From Ignavibacteriota bacterium (GTDB lineage: Bacteria; Bacteroidota; Ignavibacteria; Palsa-1295), in assembly GCA_963787835.1 (NCBI GenBank), contig CAWBEI010000002.1, positions 1,248,001 to 1,312,000 of the forward strand: a stretch of DNA of 64,000 nucleotides. The letters run 5' to 3'. Both the position numbers and the translations under genes were made by a program. Below, piece after piece: positions 27,322 to 37,785 of this stretch. The notes below the pieces were generated by a model. That model saw nothing but the letters and a program-made list of their open reading frames with translations. It ran no database searches and had not been told where the DNA came from. Numbering within the stretch: position 1 is the first letter of the stretch; each line of letters begins with the position of its first letter.

Positions 27322-29052
27322 CTAAAACACTTTGCCTGTAATCATTTGTAGGTGCTCAAGTATCGGTCCGATTGCTAACGCGGGAAAATACGTCAGTCCT
27401 CCAACGATAAAGATCACTGCAATAAGCAGACCTCCGAACAGAAGATTGTTCGTTTGAAACGTGAATTTAGATGGAGGCGCGGAAGGTTTTTCAGCAAGCG
27501 AACCAGCCATGGCAAGCATTGCGATCATTGTCGTAAAACGTCCGACAAGCATCGCGATGCCGGTCGTGATATTCCAGAATGTCGTGTTTACTTGCAATCC
27601 CGCCATGATCGAGCCATTATTTGAGGTGGTTGAAGTGAAGGCATAGATAAGTTCCGTAAGTCCATGCGTACCTTTATTTCCGATACTATTCAGCATTTCT
27701 GGCGACACCGCTGCCCATGCGGAAAATCCCAAAATGCAGAAGGTGGTCGGGAGCAGTGCGAGCATGGCAAGTTTCATTTCGCGCGATTGAATTTTCTTTC
27801 CCAGATATTCCGGTGTGCGGCCTATCATGAGCCCGGCAATGAACACGGTTATCACCACGAGCAAAAGCATTCCATGCAGACCGGAGCCAACGCCACCAAA
27901 GATGATTTCTCCTAACATCATATTGACGAGCGCGATCATCCCGCCGAGTGGCGTGAAGCTATCGAGCGATGCGTTCGTTGCGCCATCAGAAACATCCGTG
28001 GTGACGGTTTCATACAGTGCGGAATTTGCGATTCCAAAGCGAACATCTTTGCCTTCCATGTTCCCGCCCGTTTGGGTTCCAGATGAGTGCAGAATGATAC
28101 GATGACTCTTGAGGGAAGGATCACCATTCTGCTCTGCCGCATACATTCCAAGAAAGCCTGCAAAGAACAGGAAACTCATCACGCCGAATAGCACCCATCC
28201 TTGTTTTTGGTCCTTTACCATTCGTCCGAAGCAATACGTAATGCCGGCTGGAATGATAAGCAGGCAGAACATTTGAAGAAAGTTAACAAGCGCACTTGGG
28301 TTCTCAAATGGATGTGCAGAATTGGCATTGAAAAACCCTCCGCCGTCCGAGGCGCTTAATAATTTTATTATCTCTTCGCTTGCAACTGGCCCCATCGGCA
28401 AAATTTGCCGCGCGCCTTCCATCGTGGTGGTATTGACGTAAGGGGATAAATTTTGAATGACACCAAGTGCCACAAACACTAGGCTTCCCACAATGCTCAT
28501 TGGGATCAAAACATAAAGACAAGACCGCACCATGTCCACCCAAAAATTCCCAATGCCCTGCACTCTCGATCCAGCAAACCCGCGAATAATTGCGATTGCT
28601 ACGGCAAGTCCCGCAGCAGCCGAAAGAAAATCCTGAACTGCAATGCCCACCATATCGGTAAAATAGCTCATTGTTGATTCCCCGTGGTAGGCTTGCCAGC
28701 TTGTTCCGGTCACGAAACTTGAGGAAGTATTAAATGAAAGATCGGGCGCCACCGCAGGAAATCCCATTGGGTTCCATGGAAGAAGGTGTTGAAATCGCAT
28801 GATCCCATAAAGTAGCAACGAACCTGCGAGACTGAAAAAAATGAGCGATAGCGTGTAGCTCTGCCAGGGCATTTCTTCTGCTGCATTAACTCGACATACT
28901 TGGTAGATAAAAAGCTCAGTAGGTGAAAGTATTGGATCGAGGAAGGTATGTTCTTTAGAAAACACGCGCGCAAGATATGTGCCGAGTGGTTTTGTCAGCG
29001 CGAAAATGGCTGCAAGGAGAATGAATCCCTGAAGAATACCGATCGTGGTCAT
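27322..29052 (-). CDS. kdpA: Second, divergent KdpA paralog with altered selectivity-filter motifs
   Basis: Colinear with the KdpA at 34008 ([32 protein letters not shown]), but the filter loops read GTSWQ / SASDGGG / SDG / NNGS. Confidence 0.9.
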   Translation of the reverse strand: MTTIGILQGFILLAAIFALTKPLGTYLARVFSKEHTFLDPILSPTELFIYQVCRVNAAEEMPWQSYTLSLIFFSLAGSLLLYGIMRFQHLLPWNPMGFPAVAPDLSFNTSSSFVTGTSWQAYHGESTMSYFTDMVGIAVQDFLSAAAGLAVAIAIIRGFAGSRVQGIGNFWVDMVRSCLYVLIPMSIVGSLVFVALGVIQNLSPYVNTTTMEGARQILPMGPVASEEIIKLLSASDGGGFFNANSAHPFENPSALVNFLQMFCLLIIPAGITYCFGRMVKDQKQGWVLFGVMSFLFFAGFLGMYAAEQNGDPSLKSHRIILHSSGTQTGGNMEGKDVRFGIANSALYETVTTDVSDGATNASLDSFTPLGGMIALVNMMLGEIIFGGVGSGLHGMLLLVVITVFIAGLMIGRTPEYLGKKIQSREMKLAMLALLPTTFCILGFSAWAAVSPEMLNSIGNKGTHGLTELIYAFTSTTSNNGSIMAGLQVNTTFWNITTGIAMLVGRFTTMIAMLAMAGSLAEKPSAPPSKFTFQTNNLLFGGLLIAVIFIVGGLTYFPALAIGPILEHLQMITGKVF

Positions 29053-29094
29053 TGCAAATTCAAAATAAGAGTCAATGCAGTCAAAGAGGATATC

Positions 29095-30423
29095 TTAATT
29101 CCAAAAATCTTGGTCCATGTTTAGTGCTTCGCGCGCACGTTGCACGGCACGTTCGATGTCATTGCGGTCGAGCGCAACAATGTCAGCCATTTCGGTATCG
29201 CGGATGGCCCGCGCTTGTTCCGCTAACATCTGCTTCGCCGGAACTGGCATACGCGGCGCCAGACGTCGTATCACATCGAGCTGGTGTATCAGCACAGCCG
29301 GATTTTGCGCTCCTGCCTGCCGGATCAGATCGAATGCGTGCTTGACCAATCGTTCAAGACGTATCGCCGGCATCCACACGCGCAGTTCGCCACGAAGATC
29401 GTACCAATTGCCTTCGAGAGGCGGCTTCTCTGCAAGTGAGATAAGAACGTCAGCCAGCCAATCAACGCAGGCCAAGCCGGTAAATGTATCATTTACAGCT
29501 GGGCTGAGTGCGCGAATCGCGATCTCGACGATCTGCGCAACTCCGAATTCGCTATCCTGTGTCAGTGTACGGTGATTACCGAGCTTTATGCTGCGACGGA
29601 TGATGGCGTCGAGCAGCGTCACGCATTCCTTCGGATAAACCGCAGCAATCGCTTCGCCGCGAAGCACGAACTGACCGGGACGAAAGCGCAATATTACTTT
29701 TGCACCGGCATTCCCCGCTGCAAGAACAAGCGCTTCGTGGTCAATGTATTGAAGATACCCACTAAGCAGGGATGTTACTACTGCACCATGCGCAGCTTCT
29801 TCCAAAATTTTGGCATCATCTGGTGCAGGTCCGGTTCCCTCAGAAGGCCCGCGTTCCAGTGCTCCGGCTGCGGAAGGATAGACATCTTCAGCAACATGTG
29901 CAACGAGGTCGGGATTCTGTATCGAAGTTGCGATCCTATGACTATAATAAACGAGAAACCCGAAGCTGATGACCACGAGCACCCAGCTTGTGATAAGAGA
30001 AATTTGTGGAATGAAGACGGAAGTTGCGGTCTGGTGCGTAACTAAGAACACCAGTGAGATATAAACGAACGTGGCCATGAAAATGCCGATCGTCATCTGG
30101 GTAACTTTATCTTGCAGGAAGCGATAAAGCAACCGAGGACCGAACAGCGTGGCGACCATCGAAAGCACGAGCAACGCCACGGAGAAGATAAGTGCAAGCA
30201 CGGTCGCAACAGCTCCCATTGTTGCGCTAAGTATGGCGCGCGCATCATCGATACTGCCCATCGTGAGCCACGACGGGATATGAATGATCCCGTATTTGTC
30301 GAGAATATCGGGAATTAAAGTCAAACAGAACAGCGCAACGGAGGCAAGCGAAAGCAATAGCGGAATTCGCCACAAGTTGATATCCCGCTGGGAGCGAAGC
30401 TTGGAATAGGGAGATGCTATCAT
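29095..30423 (-). CDS. DUF2254-like membrane protein
   Basis: ARAILS, FGPRLL..F, SGYLQ.ID and QIVEIAIRALSPAVNDTFT motifs. Confidence 0.8.
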   Translation of the reverse strand: MIASPYSKLRSQRDINLWRIPLLLSLASVALFCLTLIPDILDKYGIIHIPSWLTMGSIDDARAILSATMGAVATVLALIFSVALLVLSMVATLFGPRLLYRFLQDKVTQMTIGIFMATFVYISLVFLVTHQTATSVFIPQISLITSWVLVVISFGFLVYYSHRIATSIQNPDLVAHVAEDVYPSAAGALERGPSEGTGPAPDDAKILEEAAHGAVVTSLLSGYLQYIDHEALVLAAGNAGAKVILRFRPGQFVLRGEAIAAVYPKECVTLLDAIIRRSIKLGNHRTLTQDSEFGVAQIVEIAIRALSPAVNDTFTGLACVDWLADVLISLAEKPPLEGNWYDLRGELRVWMPAIRLERLVKHAFDLIRQAGAQNPAVLIHQLDVIRRLAPRMPVPAKQMLAEQARAIRDTEMADIVALDRNDIERAVQRAREALNMDQDFWN

Positions 30424-30679
30424 CTAAAATAAGGTATAGTGAATATGATCTTATAGCATTTCAAGGTTCTCGGTGTCGAATAATTGTTAAATCTTGGGCA
30501 ATAATTGCGCCAACGTCCAGCAAGGAGTTTTGCAATCTCCGCAATCAAAAATAGCAATGTCGGCGGCATCTTGCATTCTGGGGTGAAAGGTAATGTTATT
30601 GCAGGTATAAGATGTTTTTACGATACCGGATAAATGCGTTTTCCGTTTATTCTCAGTGTATGGCTTTTGTCAAAATTTA

Positions 30680-30719
30680 TAGCGTTTTGCTATGGTCATG
30701 CGTAGCGTTTCGCTATGGT
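30680..30719. promoter_or_regulatory. Tandem palindromic sites, candidate enhancer for the sigma54 activator
   Basis: TAGCGTTTTGCTATGGT (30680) and TAGCGTTTCGCTATGGT (30703), 23 bp apart. Confidence 0.55.
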
Positions 30720-30768
30720 TCTTCAAAAGTAGAATCGTCTTATCGCTTTTCCACCTGCTTTGCGGGGA

Positions 30769-30784
30769 TGGCACGCAATTTCCT
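30769..30784 (+). promoter_or_regulatory. Candidate sigma54 -24/-12 promoter
   Basis: TGGCACG-CAAT-TTCCT: perfect -24 box, -12 box TTCC instead of TTGC; about 30 bp upstream of the porin ATG. Confidence 0.5.
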
Positions 30785-30815
30785 TTTACAACATAAGCAT
30801 TTCCTCGTTACCACT

Positions 30816-32264
30816 ATGAAAACCATTCTTTTATTCTTCCTTGCATTCTCACTCAGTGCTTTTTCGATGAATGTTGCTCACGCGGCAGACTTAAACAAAG
30901 CCGACAGTACAAGCCTATCGAAATCCAGTCCTGTTACTGTTCCCGTTCCTCCAGATACGGCCACAGCGGATACCGCCGCAAAACCCGAACCCTTCGCATT
31001 CGGTGATTTTACATGGTTGAACGGCAACGATCGCAGGCACACGGAATTGCTCGACTCCAAATATTTCACCGGCGAATTCCTTCTCGATGCTAATTACGAT
31101 GCATCGAATCAGCATCCCATCGATCACACGGTCATTGGGTCCACTACGCTTGCGCGTGATAATGAATTTGAAGTGAACCTCGTAGCAGCCGGTGGAGATT
31201 TCCACTATGATAATGTTATTGGACGGCTTTTGTTGCAACTCGGTACGCGCGCTACCGACGTTCCGCGTAATGATGGCAGCGTGTACCATGGCCAGTATGA
31301 TTTAGCTGATGCGTATCGTTATTTTAGCGAGGGGTATGGCGGCTATCATTTCGATGTATGGGACGGCATCAATGTAGAGGCTGGTCTTTTTATGTCGTAT
31401 ATCGGTCTGTTTTCTTACTATAATGCGGAGAACTGGACCTATCAGCCATCGTTTACGTCAGATAATACACCATGGTTCTTCAATGGCATGAGGATTCAAA
31501 CGTTCCCATCCGATAAGCTTAAGGTGGAACTTTGGGTCATTAATGGATGGCAATCCTACGCGAAATTTAATAACGCTCCCGGACTTGGATTCCAAATTCT
31601 CTGGCGACCGACCGATGCGCTTCAGGTCCTATCCAACAATTATGAAGGCTACGATACCCAGGACGAACCGGATCGTCTGCGTTTACACACGGATAATAGC
31701 GTGGAAATCAAATACTACGATCATCCTGGAAGTTTTCTGGATAAGATGGCATGCTCGCTTACGCAAGATATTGGCGAGGAGACGGGCGATGGCGTCAATG
31801 GTTTCCATTCCGATCCGGTGCTTGGCCCTGCCCAGTTCTTTATAAGTGGCATGGCGTACGATCGTTTTTGGATGGCGAACGATCATTTCGGTATGACGCT
31901 CGGTGCCGGTTACATTCATAACCCAGGCCGCTATCTTGTGCTCGCGCCAACCGGCGAGGCAAGTCCATATCCGAACCCATATAATCCTACTGCTCCAATT
32001 TCGCCGTATGCTTTTGCGATCGATGAGCCGGGAACCCAATTTACAGGTTGGGACGCATCCATCTCCTGGGACTGGATGCCGAACGATTTCGAAACATGGA
32101 TGGTGCAACTCATTCATCGTGAGGCAAGCGTTCCATATTTTGCCGGGCCTGGCGGCGTGACATCGCCGGATGGTTATACCACAACGCCAATTCCAGAAGG
32201 CTGGACGCCAGATCTTGTCAAAGATGAATCGCAAATTATCGTGGCATTCTTAGTTCGATTTTAA
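30816..32264 (+). CDS. Outer-membrane beta-barrel porin (kdp-associated type)
   Basis: Signal peptide from ATG 30816; AGLFMSYIG, DNTPWFFNG and INGWQ motifs; terminal Phe. Confidence 0.8.
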   Translation: MKTILLFFLAFSLSAFSMNVAHAADLNKADSTSLSKSSPVTVPVPPDTATADTAAKPEPFAFGDFTWLNGNDRRHTELLDSKYFTGEFLLDANYDASNQHPIDHTVIGSTTLARDNEFEVNLVAAGGDFHYDNVIGRLLLQLGTRATDVPRNDGSVYHGQYDLADAYRYFSEGYGGYHFDVWDGINVEAGLFMSYIGLFSYYNAENWTYQPSFTSDNTPWFFNGMRIQTFPSDKLKVELWVINGWQSYAKFNNAPGLGFQILWRPTDALQVLSNNYEGYDTQDEPDRLRLHTDNSVEIKYYDHPGSFLDKMACSLTQDIGEETGDGVNGFHSDPVLGPAQFFISGMAYDRFWMANDHFGMTLGAGYIHNPGRYLVLAPTGEASPYPNPYNPTAPISPYAFAIDEPGTQFTGWDASISWDWMPNDFETWMVQLIHREASVPYFAGPGGVTSPDGYTTTPIPEGWTPDLVKDESQIIVAFLVRF

Positions 32265-32283
32265 ATTTTGGTACTCGTATTTC

Positions 32284-33777
32284 ATGGCCACCGCGTTGCT
32301 CAATGGTGTTACCATTGGCGATCTCTTTCCAATCGCCTTTCTTGGCGTTCGCAAGAATGACGCCAGGATTTATCAGCGGGCGCGTGAAATGCGAGAGCAA
32401 CCCGCCTTTGCACGTTCAACGCGGTGGGTCGGTGGGAGCGACGATCTCTTAAAAGCCGGACATCCGGCGCGAGCCATCAATGGGATTCGTAATTTTGGAC
32501 AAACTCCAAAACGCACTATGGCCAATCGATTGCTCGAACGCGGACTTCGTGTTCGCATCCTTACCGGATTTTCGCTTGTCATTTTCCTTACGCTGGTGAT
32601 CGCGGGATGGTCGTATTATCATATTTCGACATTGGGAACTGCGGCGGAGCATCTCTTTATCGAGAACTATCGCACGATCAGCTACATGCACCAGATGGAG
32701 CTTGCTGTTGCCGACATGCAGATGAGTGGTTCCCAATCCTTTGCAGAGAACGATGTGATCGTTCAAAAGAACCTTGCCCTCGAATACGCCAACATCACCG
32801 AGCCGGGTGAACTCGAAGGCACACGCACGATAGACCGGGATTATCACGCATTTCTTCAAGCGCGCACTCCGGAGCTTGCGCAAACCGTGCGGCAGGATTG
32901 CGAGGCAGTTCTGAGGATCAATGAGCAGGCGATGTTCGCGCACTCCGAAGCATTCCGAGCACAGGGCGATTTTGCACGGACTTCGACGATAGGGATCACG
33001 ATCCTGCTTGTCGGTGCGGCGATCTTTCTGGCGGTCGCTGTTTCGCGCAGGAGTTTAGCAGAGTTCCAGGAATTGGAGCGTGCGAAAAGTAACTTTGTCG
33101 CGACGGCAGCCCACGAACTCAAAAATCCGCTCAGTGCAATCAAAATGACGAGTGGCCTTCTTGCCGATGGAATTGCAGGTCCGCTTAATGCGAAACAAGC
33201 GGAGCTTTCTGTAACTATTCGGAATGAGTCCGAGCGCATGCTTGCGCTGGTGTGCGAATTGCTCGATCTTGCCAAGTTGGAAACGGGTACGCTGCAATTA
33301 CACCTTCATCCAACGAATGTGGAAACACTTATCGAAAGTGCGATCCTGCCTGTTTCGCTTCGAGCAGAAGAAGCTGGCGTGACGATCGACGTGATGGTCA
33401 TGCGTGACGTGCCCGAAGCACTGGTCGATCCAAATAAAATGGCGTGGGCGATCACGAATTTGCTTTCCAATGCTATTCGATATAGTCCGAAGGGGGCGCA
33501 GATCACGGCGGATGCTCGCGTGATCGAGAACGAAATTTGGATTTCGGTGACGGATCACGGGAAGGGAATTGCGGAAGGCGATCTTACCAGAATTTTCGAC
33601 AAGTTCGTGCAAGTAGAGGAAGGACGGATGGGTTTTGGCTCGGGAACCGGACTTGGGCTTTCGATTGCGCGAGAGATCGTAACCGCTCATGGCGGGCGTG
33701 TGTGGGCCGCAAGTACACTCGGTAAAGGAGCCACACTGACCATCGCACTTCCAATCACGGAACACGCTAATAGTTAA
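32284..33777 (+). CDS. Membrane sensor histidine kinase (start may be ATG 32518)
   Basis: Two TMs flanking a helical periplasmic domain; H-box AAHELKNPL, NLLSNAIRY, DHGKGI and GTGLGLSI. Confidence 0.9.
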   Translation: MATALLNGVTIGDLFPIAFLGVRKNDARIYQRAREMREQPAFARSTRWVGGSDDLLKAGHPARAINGIRNFGQTPKRTMANRLLERGLRVRILTGFSLVIFLTLVIAGWSYYHISTLGTAAEHLFIENYRTISYMHQMELAVADMQMSGSQSFAENDVIVQKNLALEYANITEPGELEGTRTIDRDYHAFLQARTPELAQTVRQDCEAVLRINEQAMFAHSEAFRAQGDFARTSTIGITILLVGAAIFLAVAVSRRSLAEFQELERAKSNFVATAAHELKNPLSAIKMTSGLLADGIAGPLNAKQAELSVTIRNESERMLALVCELLDLAKLETGTLQLHLHPTNVETLIESAILPVSLRAEEAGVTIDVMVMRDVPEALVDPNKMAWAITNLLSNAIRYSPKGAQITADARVIENEIWISVTDHGKGIAEGDLTRIFDKFVQVEEGRMGFGSGTGLGLSIAREIVTAHGGRVWAASTLGKGATLTIALPITEHANS

Positions 33778-33787
33778 CATTCCTATT

Positions 33788-33871
33788 ATGAACGACCTAC
33801 TTTACATCGTAATGATCCTTGCCTTCTTCGGGATCGGCATCGCATTTCAAATGTATTGCGAAAAAATATAA
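33788..33871 (+). CDS. 27-aa single-TM peptide upstream of kdpF
   Basis: Manual translation MNDLLYIVMILAFFGIGIAFQMYCEKI; resembles the small ORFs that precede kdpF in other bacteria. Confidence 0.7.
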   Translation: MNDLLYIVMILAFFGIGIAFQMYCEKI

Positions 33872-33884
33872 TCAACACATTTTT

Positions 33885-33968
33885 ATGAGCGGCATATTAT
33901 TACTCCTCCTTGTAGTTGCAGCGATCGCATACCTGATGTATGCACTGCTGTATCCTGAAAAATTTTAA
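33885..33968 (+). CDS. kdpF: K+-transporting ATPase subunit F
   Basis: MSGILLLLLVVAAIAYLMYALLYPEKF with the YL.YAL..PE.F signature. Confidence 0.9.
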   Translation: MSGILLLLLVVAAIAYLMYALLYPEKF

Positions 33969-34007
33969 TTGAATGATCGCTCAACCAATGAGAGATCGTC
34001 TAAGAAT

Positions 34008-35735
34008 ATGATAACGAACGGCATTTTACAACTTTTGGCATTTCTCGTCGTGCTTGTGCTGGTCACGAAGCCGATGGGAATTTTTCTCACGCGAGTCTTT
34101 TCCGGTGAGCGGACATTTCTTACTCCGATCTTTGGACCTCTCGAGCGGCTTATTTATCGGATTTGTGGCGTAAATCCTAAATCCGAAATGAAATGGACTG
34201 CGTATAGCGCGGCGATGCTAATCTTCAGCGCAGTAGGTGGCGTGGTGCTCTATGGTATTCTGCGTTTGCAGCAAATTCTTCCGTGGAATCCACAAGGGTT
34301 CGGCCCGGTCGCACCAGATCTTAGCTTTAATACGGCTGTCAGCTTCATAACGAACACGAATTGGCAAGCCTACGGCGGCGAATCCACGATGAGCTATTTC
34401 ACGCAGATGGCCGGACTCGCATTTCACAACTTTGCTTCCGCCGCGATGGGAATTGCCATTGCCGTTGCGGTAGTGCGCGGTTTGGTGCGTGCCTCCGTGC
34501 AGACGATCGGGAATTTCTGGGTCGATCTGGTACGCTGCACACTATATGTACTGCTTCCGATATCTATTGTGGTAACGATCATCTTTGTTGGGTTCGGAAT
34601 GATACAGAATCTATCACCCTACGTAACAGCAACGACACTCGAAGGTGTGAAACAGATCATCCCGATGGGACCTGTGGCATCGCAGGAAGCGATCAAGATA
34701 CTTGGAACGAATGGCGGCGGTTTTTTCAATGCGAATTCTGCGCATCCATTTGAGAATCCGACGGCGCTAACGAATTTCATTCAAGTCGTTCTCATCTTTT
34801 TGCTCGGTTCCGGACTAACCTACATGTTCGGACGCATGGCAAAAGACCAAAAGCAAGGCTGGGCGATATGGGGCGCAATGACGTTTCTGTTCGTTGCTGG
34901 ACTTGTCACGTGCTATACCGCAGAGCAATCGGGGAATCCGATCATGGGAAAACTCGGTATCGAACAAGCTGCGACTGCCACGCAAAGCGGCGGTAACATG
35001 GAAGGAAAGGATGTTCGCTTTGGTATTACGCAAAGCACACTCTTCGCGACTGTTACAACGGACGCATCCTGCGGCGCGGTAAACTCCATGCACGAAAGCT
35101 TCACACCGATCGGCGGGATGGTTCCGCTGTTCAATATCATGCTTGGCGAGGTGATCTTCGGCGGAGTCGGCTCGGGATTGTATGGGATGTTCGTTTTTGT
35201 ATTAATCTCCGTTTTCATCGCTGGCCTGATGGTCGGGCGCACGCCGGAATATTTGGGAAAGAAAATAGAATCGAAAGAAATAAAGCTATCGATGTTGGCT
35301 TTGCTCTCACTCGTTTTTTGCATTCTTGGATTTACGGCATGGGCTGTGGTGGAACCCACGGCGCTTAAGAGCCTTGCAAATACAGGCCCGCATGGTTTGA
35401 CGGAGATCCTTTATGCTTTTACATCGGCGACCGGGAATAATGGTTCTGCATTCGCCGGCTTGAACGCCAACACATTATTTTTCAACATCACGCTGGGAAT
35501 AGCAATGCTCTTCGGCAGATTTTTTGTCATCATTCCCGTACTTGCAATTGCGGGGAGCATGGCGAAAAAGACGCCTGTCGCACCATCGCATGGTACATTT
35601 CTGACAAATAATGCGCTGTTCGGCGCACTGCTGGTTATGGTAATAGTAATCGTAGGCGGACTTACATTCTTTCCGGCATTATCGCTCGGACCAATACTCG
35701 AACATTTGCTCATGCAAGCTGGAAAGGTATTTTAA
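34008..35735 (+). CDS. kdpA: K+-transporting ATPase subunit A (canonical)
   Basis: Filter motifs TNTNWQ, LGTNGGG, ASCGAVN and NNGSAFAG. Confidence 0.97.
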   Translation: MITNGILQLLAFLVVLVLVTKPMGIFLTRVFSGERTFLTPIFGPLERLIYRICGVNPKSEMKWTAYSAAMLIFSAVGGVVLYGILRLQQILPWNPQGFGPVAPDLSFNTAVSFITNTNWQAYGGESTMSYFTQMAGLAFHNFASAAMGIAIAVAVVRGLVRASVQTIGNFWVDLVRCTLYVLLPISIVVTIIFVGFGMIQNLSPYVTATTLEGVKQIIPMGPVASQEAIKILGTNGGGFFNANSAHPFENPTALTNFIQVVLIFLLGSGLTYMFGRMAKDQKQGWAIWGAMTFLFVAGLVTCYTAEQSGNPIMGKLGIEQAATATQSGGNMEGKDVRFGITQSTLFATVTTDASCGAVNSMHESFTPIGGMVPLFNIMLGEVIFGGVGSGLYGMFVFVLISVFIAGLMVGRTPEYLGKKIESKEIKLSMLALLSLVFCILGFTAWAVVEPTALKSLANTGPHGLTEILYAFTSATGNNGSAFAGLNANTLFFNITLGIAMLFGRFFVIIPVLAIAGSMAKKTPVAPSHGTFLTNNALFGALLVMVIVIVGGLTFFPALSLGPILEHLLMQAGKVF

Positions 35736-35737
35736 CA

Positions 35738-37774
35738 ATGGCAAAACACGAAATTCATAAACAAAAAAAGATATTCGATCCGACGATCGTGAAGCGGGCG
35801 TTGGTCGATGCTTTAAAGAAGCTCGATCCTCGCGTGCTTTGGAAAAATCCCGTCATGTTCGTCGTCGAAGTTGGCGCGGTGCTGACAACGGGTTCCTGGA
35901 TCAATGAAATGGCGTCGAAATCTGGTGACCCCACTTTTTCCGGCCTGATCTCCGCATGGCTGTGGTTCACTGTTTATTTTGCAACGTTCGCGGAAGCAAT
36001 GGCTGAAGGCCGCGGCAAAGCACAGGCGGATGCGTTACGCAAAACGAAGACCGATACCATGGCCAAGCTCATCGGTAAAGATGGTACCGTCACGCAGGTC
36101 AATGCCACTATGCTTCGAAAAGGCGATATAGTTTTAGTCGAAGCCGGAGATACCATCCCTGGTGATGGCGATGCAAGCGAAGGGATCGCATCTATTGATG
36201 AATCGGCGATTACGGGTGAGTCTGCTCCTGTCATTCGCGAAAGCGGCGGCGACCGTTCCGCAGTTACCGGAGGTACTCGCGTTATTTCAGATTGGCTGAA
36301 AGTAAAGATCACGTCGAATCCGGGAGAGACGTTTATTGACAGGATGATCGGCCTCGTCGAAGGCGCAAAGCGGCAGAAAACGCCAAATGAGATCGCGCTT
36401 ACGATCCTGCTTTCCGGCATGACGATCATTTTTGTGGTGGCACTCGTGGCTTTGAACTCGTTCGCCATCTATATGTCAAGCCCGGTTTCCATTGTTGTAA
36501 TGGTTTCGCTGCTTGTGTGTTTAATTCCCACTACGATCGGCGGGCTTCTTTCTGCTATTGGAATCGCTGGTATCGACCGCGTTCTTCAACGCAATGTCCT
36601 TGCCATGTCTGGCCGTGCTGTGGAAGCGGCAGGAGACGTGAACACATTGTTGCTCGATAAAACGGGCACGATCACCATTGGCAATCGCATGGCGACTGCT
36701 TTTATTCCTGCCGAAGGAATTTCAATGGAGTCGTTAGCGCTCACCTGTTATCTTGCGAGTCTGAGTGACGAGACACCCGAAGGACGAAGCATCGTTACAT
36801 TAGCGCAGCAATCGGTTAAGGAACTCCCTTCGGATGTTCTGTCGGCTGAGAAAACCTTTATCCCATTCTCGGCGCACACACGCATGAGTGGCGTGGATAT
36901 TGGCGACCGCGCCATTCGTAAAGGAGCAGTCGATGCAATCTCGAAGTTGTCTGGAACTGGCATTTCTGCCCAAATGAGCGCCCACGTTGAACATATCGCA
37001 AGTTCCGGTGGAACTCCGCTTGCTGTTGCTGAAAATGGAAAATTAGTTGGAGTGATTCAACTGAAGGATATTGTCAAGCAAGGCATGCGCGAGAGGTTCG
37101 AGCAGCTTCGCGCAATGGGAATCAAAACGGTGATGATCACCGGCGATAATCCGCTTACCGCCAAAGCCATTGCTACGGAAGCTGGCGTGGATGATTTCCT
37201 TGCTGAGGCAACGCCCGAAACGAAAATGGCGCTTATTCGCAAAGAACAGGCGAGTGGCAAACTTGTTGCGATGACTGGCGATGGCACGAACGATGCACCC
37301 GCACTCGCCCAAGCAGACGTTGGCGTGGCAATGAACACCGGCACGATGGCTGCGAAAGAGGCGGCAAACATGGTCGATCTCGATAGCAATCCGACAAAGC
37401 TAATTGAAGTAGTCGAGATCGGAAAGCAACTCTTGATGACGCGCGGGGCGCTAACGACATTTTCCATTGCGAATGATGTCGCGAAATACTTTGCGATCAT
37501 TCCCGCGATGTTCATGGTCGCATTTCCCCAACTTGCTGCACTTAATGTGATGTCGCTGCATTCGCCGGAAAGCGCGATATTATCGGCGGTTATTTTCAAT
37601 GCCCTTATTATTATTGCTCTTGTGCCCCTTGCGTTGAAGGGAATTAAGTACCGACCGCTTGGCGCTGCGGCAGTGTTACGACGGAATATTATTATTTATG
37701 GCGTCGGCGGCGTTATCATTCCATTCATCGGAATAAAGGCGATCGATCTGGTGGTATCCTCATTCGGATTTTGA
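35738..37774 (+). CDS. kdpB: K+-transporting P-type ATPase subunit B
   Basis: [35 protein letters not shown] and NDVAKYF motifs. Confidence 0.98.
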   Translation: MAKHEIHKQKKIFDPTIVKRALVDALKKLDPRVLWKNPVMFVVEVGAVLTTGSWINEMASKSGDPTFSGLISAWLWFTVYFATFAEAMAEGRGKAQADALRKTKTDTMAKLIGKDGTVTQVNATMLRKGDIVLVEAGDTIPGDGDASEGIASIDESAITGESAPVIRESGGDRSAVTGGTRVISDWLKVKITSNPGETFIDRMIGLVEGAKRQKTPNEIALTILLSGMTIIFVVALVALNSFAIYMSSPVSIVVMVSLLVCLIPTTIGGLLSAIGIAGIDRVLQRNVLAMSGRAVEAAGDVNTLLLDKTGTITIGNRMATAFIPAEGISMESLALTCYLASLSDETPEGRSIVTLAQQSVKELPSDVLSAEKTFIPFSAHTRMSGVDIGDRAIRKGAVDAISKLSGTGISAQMSAHVEHIASSGGTPLAVAENGKLVGVIQLKDIVKQGMRERFEQLRAMGIKTVMITGDNPLTAKAIATEAGVDDFLAEATPETKMALIRKEQASGKLVAMTGDGTNDAPALAQADVGVAMNTGTMAAKEAANMVDLDSNPTKLIEVVEIGKQLLMTRGALTTFSIANDVAKYFAIIPAMFMVAFPQLAALNVMSLHSPESAILSAVIFNALIIIALVPLALKGIKYRPLGAAAVLRRNIIIYGVGGVIIPFIGIKAIDLVVSSFGF

Positions 37775-37785
37775 TTTAAAAAAAT

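Noticed and set aside
30424-30815. c-di-AMP (ydaO) riboswitch upstream of the kdp operon
   Set aside because: No recognisable ydaO consensus by eye; a sigma54-type layout explains the region better. An Rfam scan would settle it.
32284-32517. Separate small gene or novel domain ahead of the histidine kinase
   Set aside because: Cannot distinguish an N-terminal extension from untranslated sequence; no motif support.
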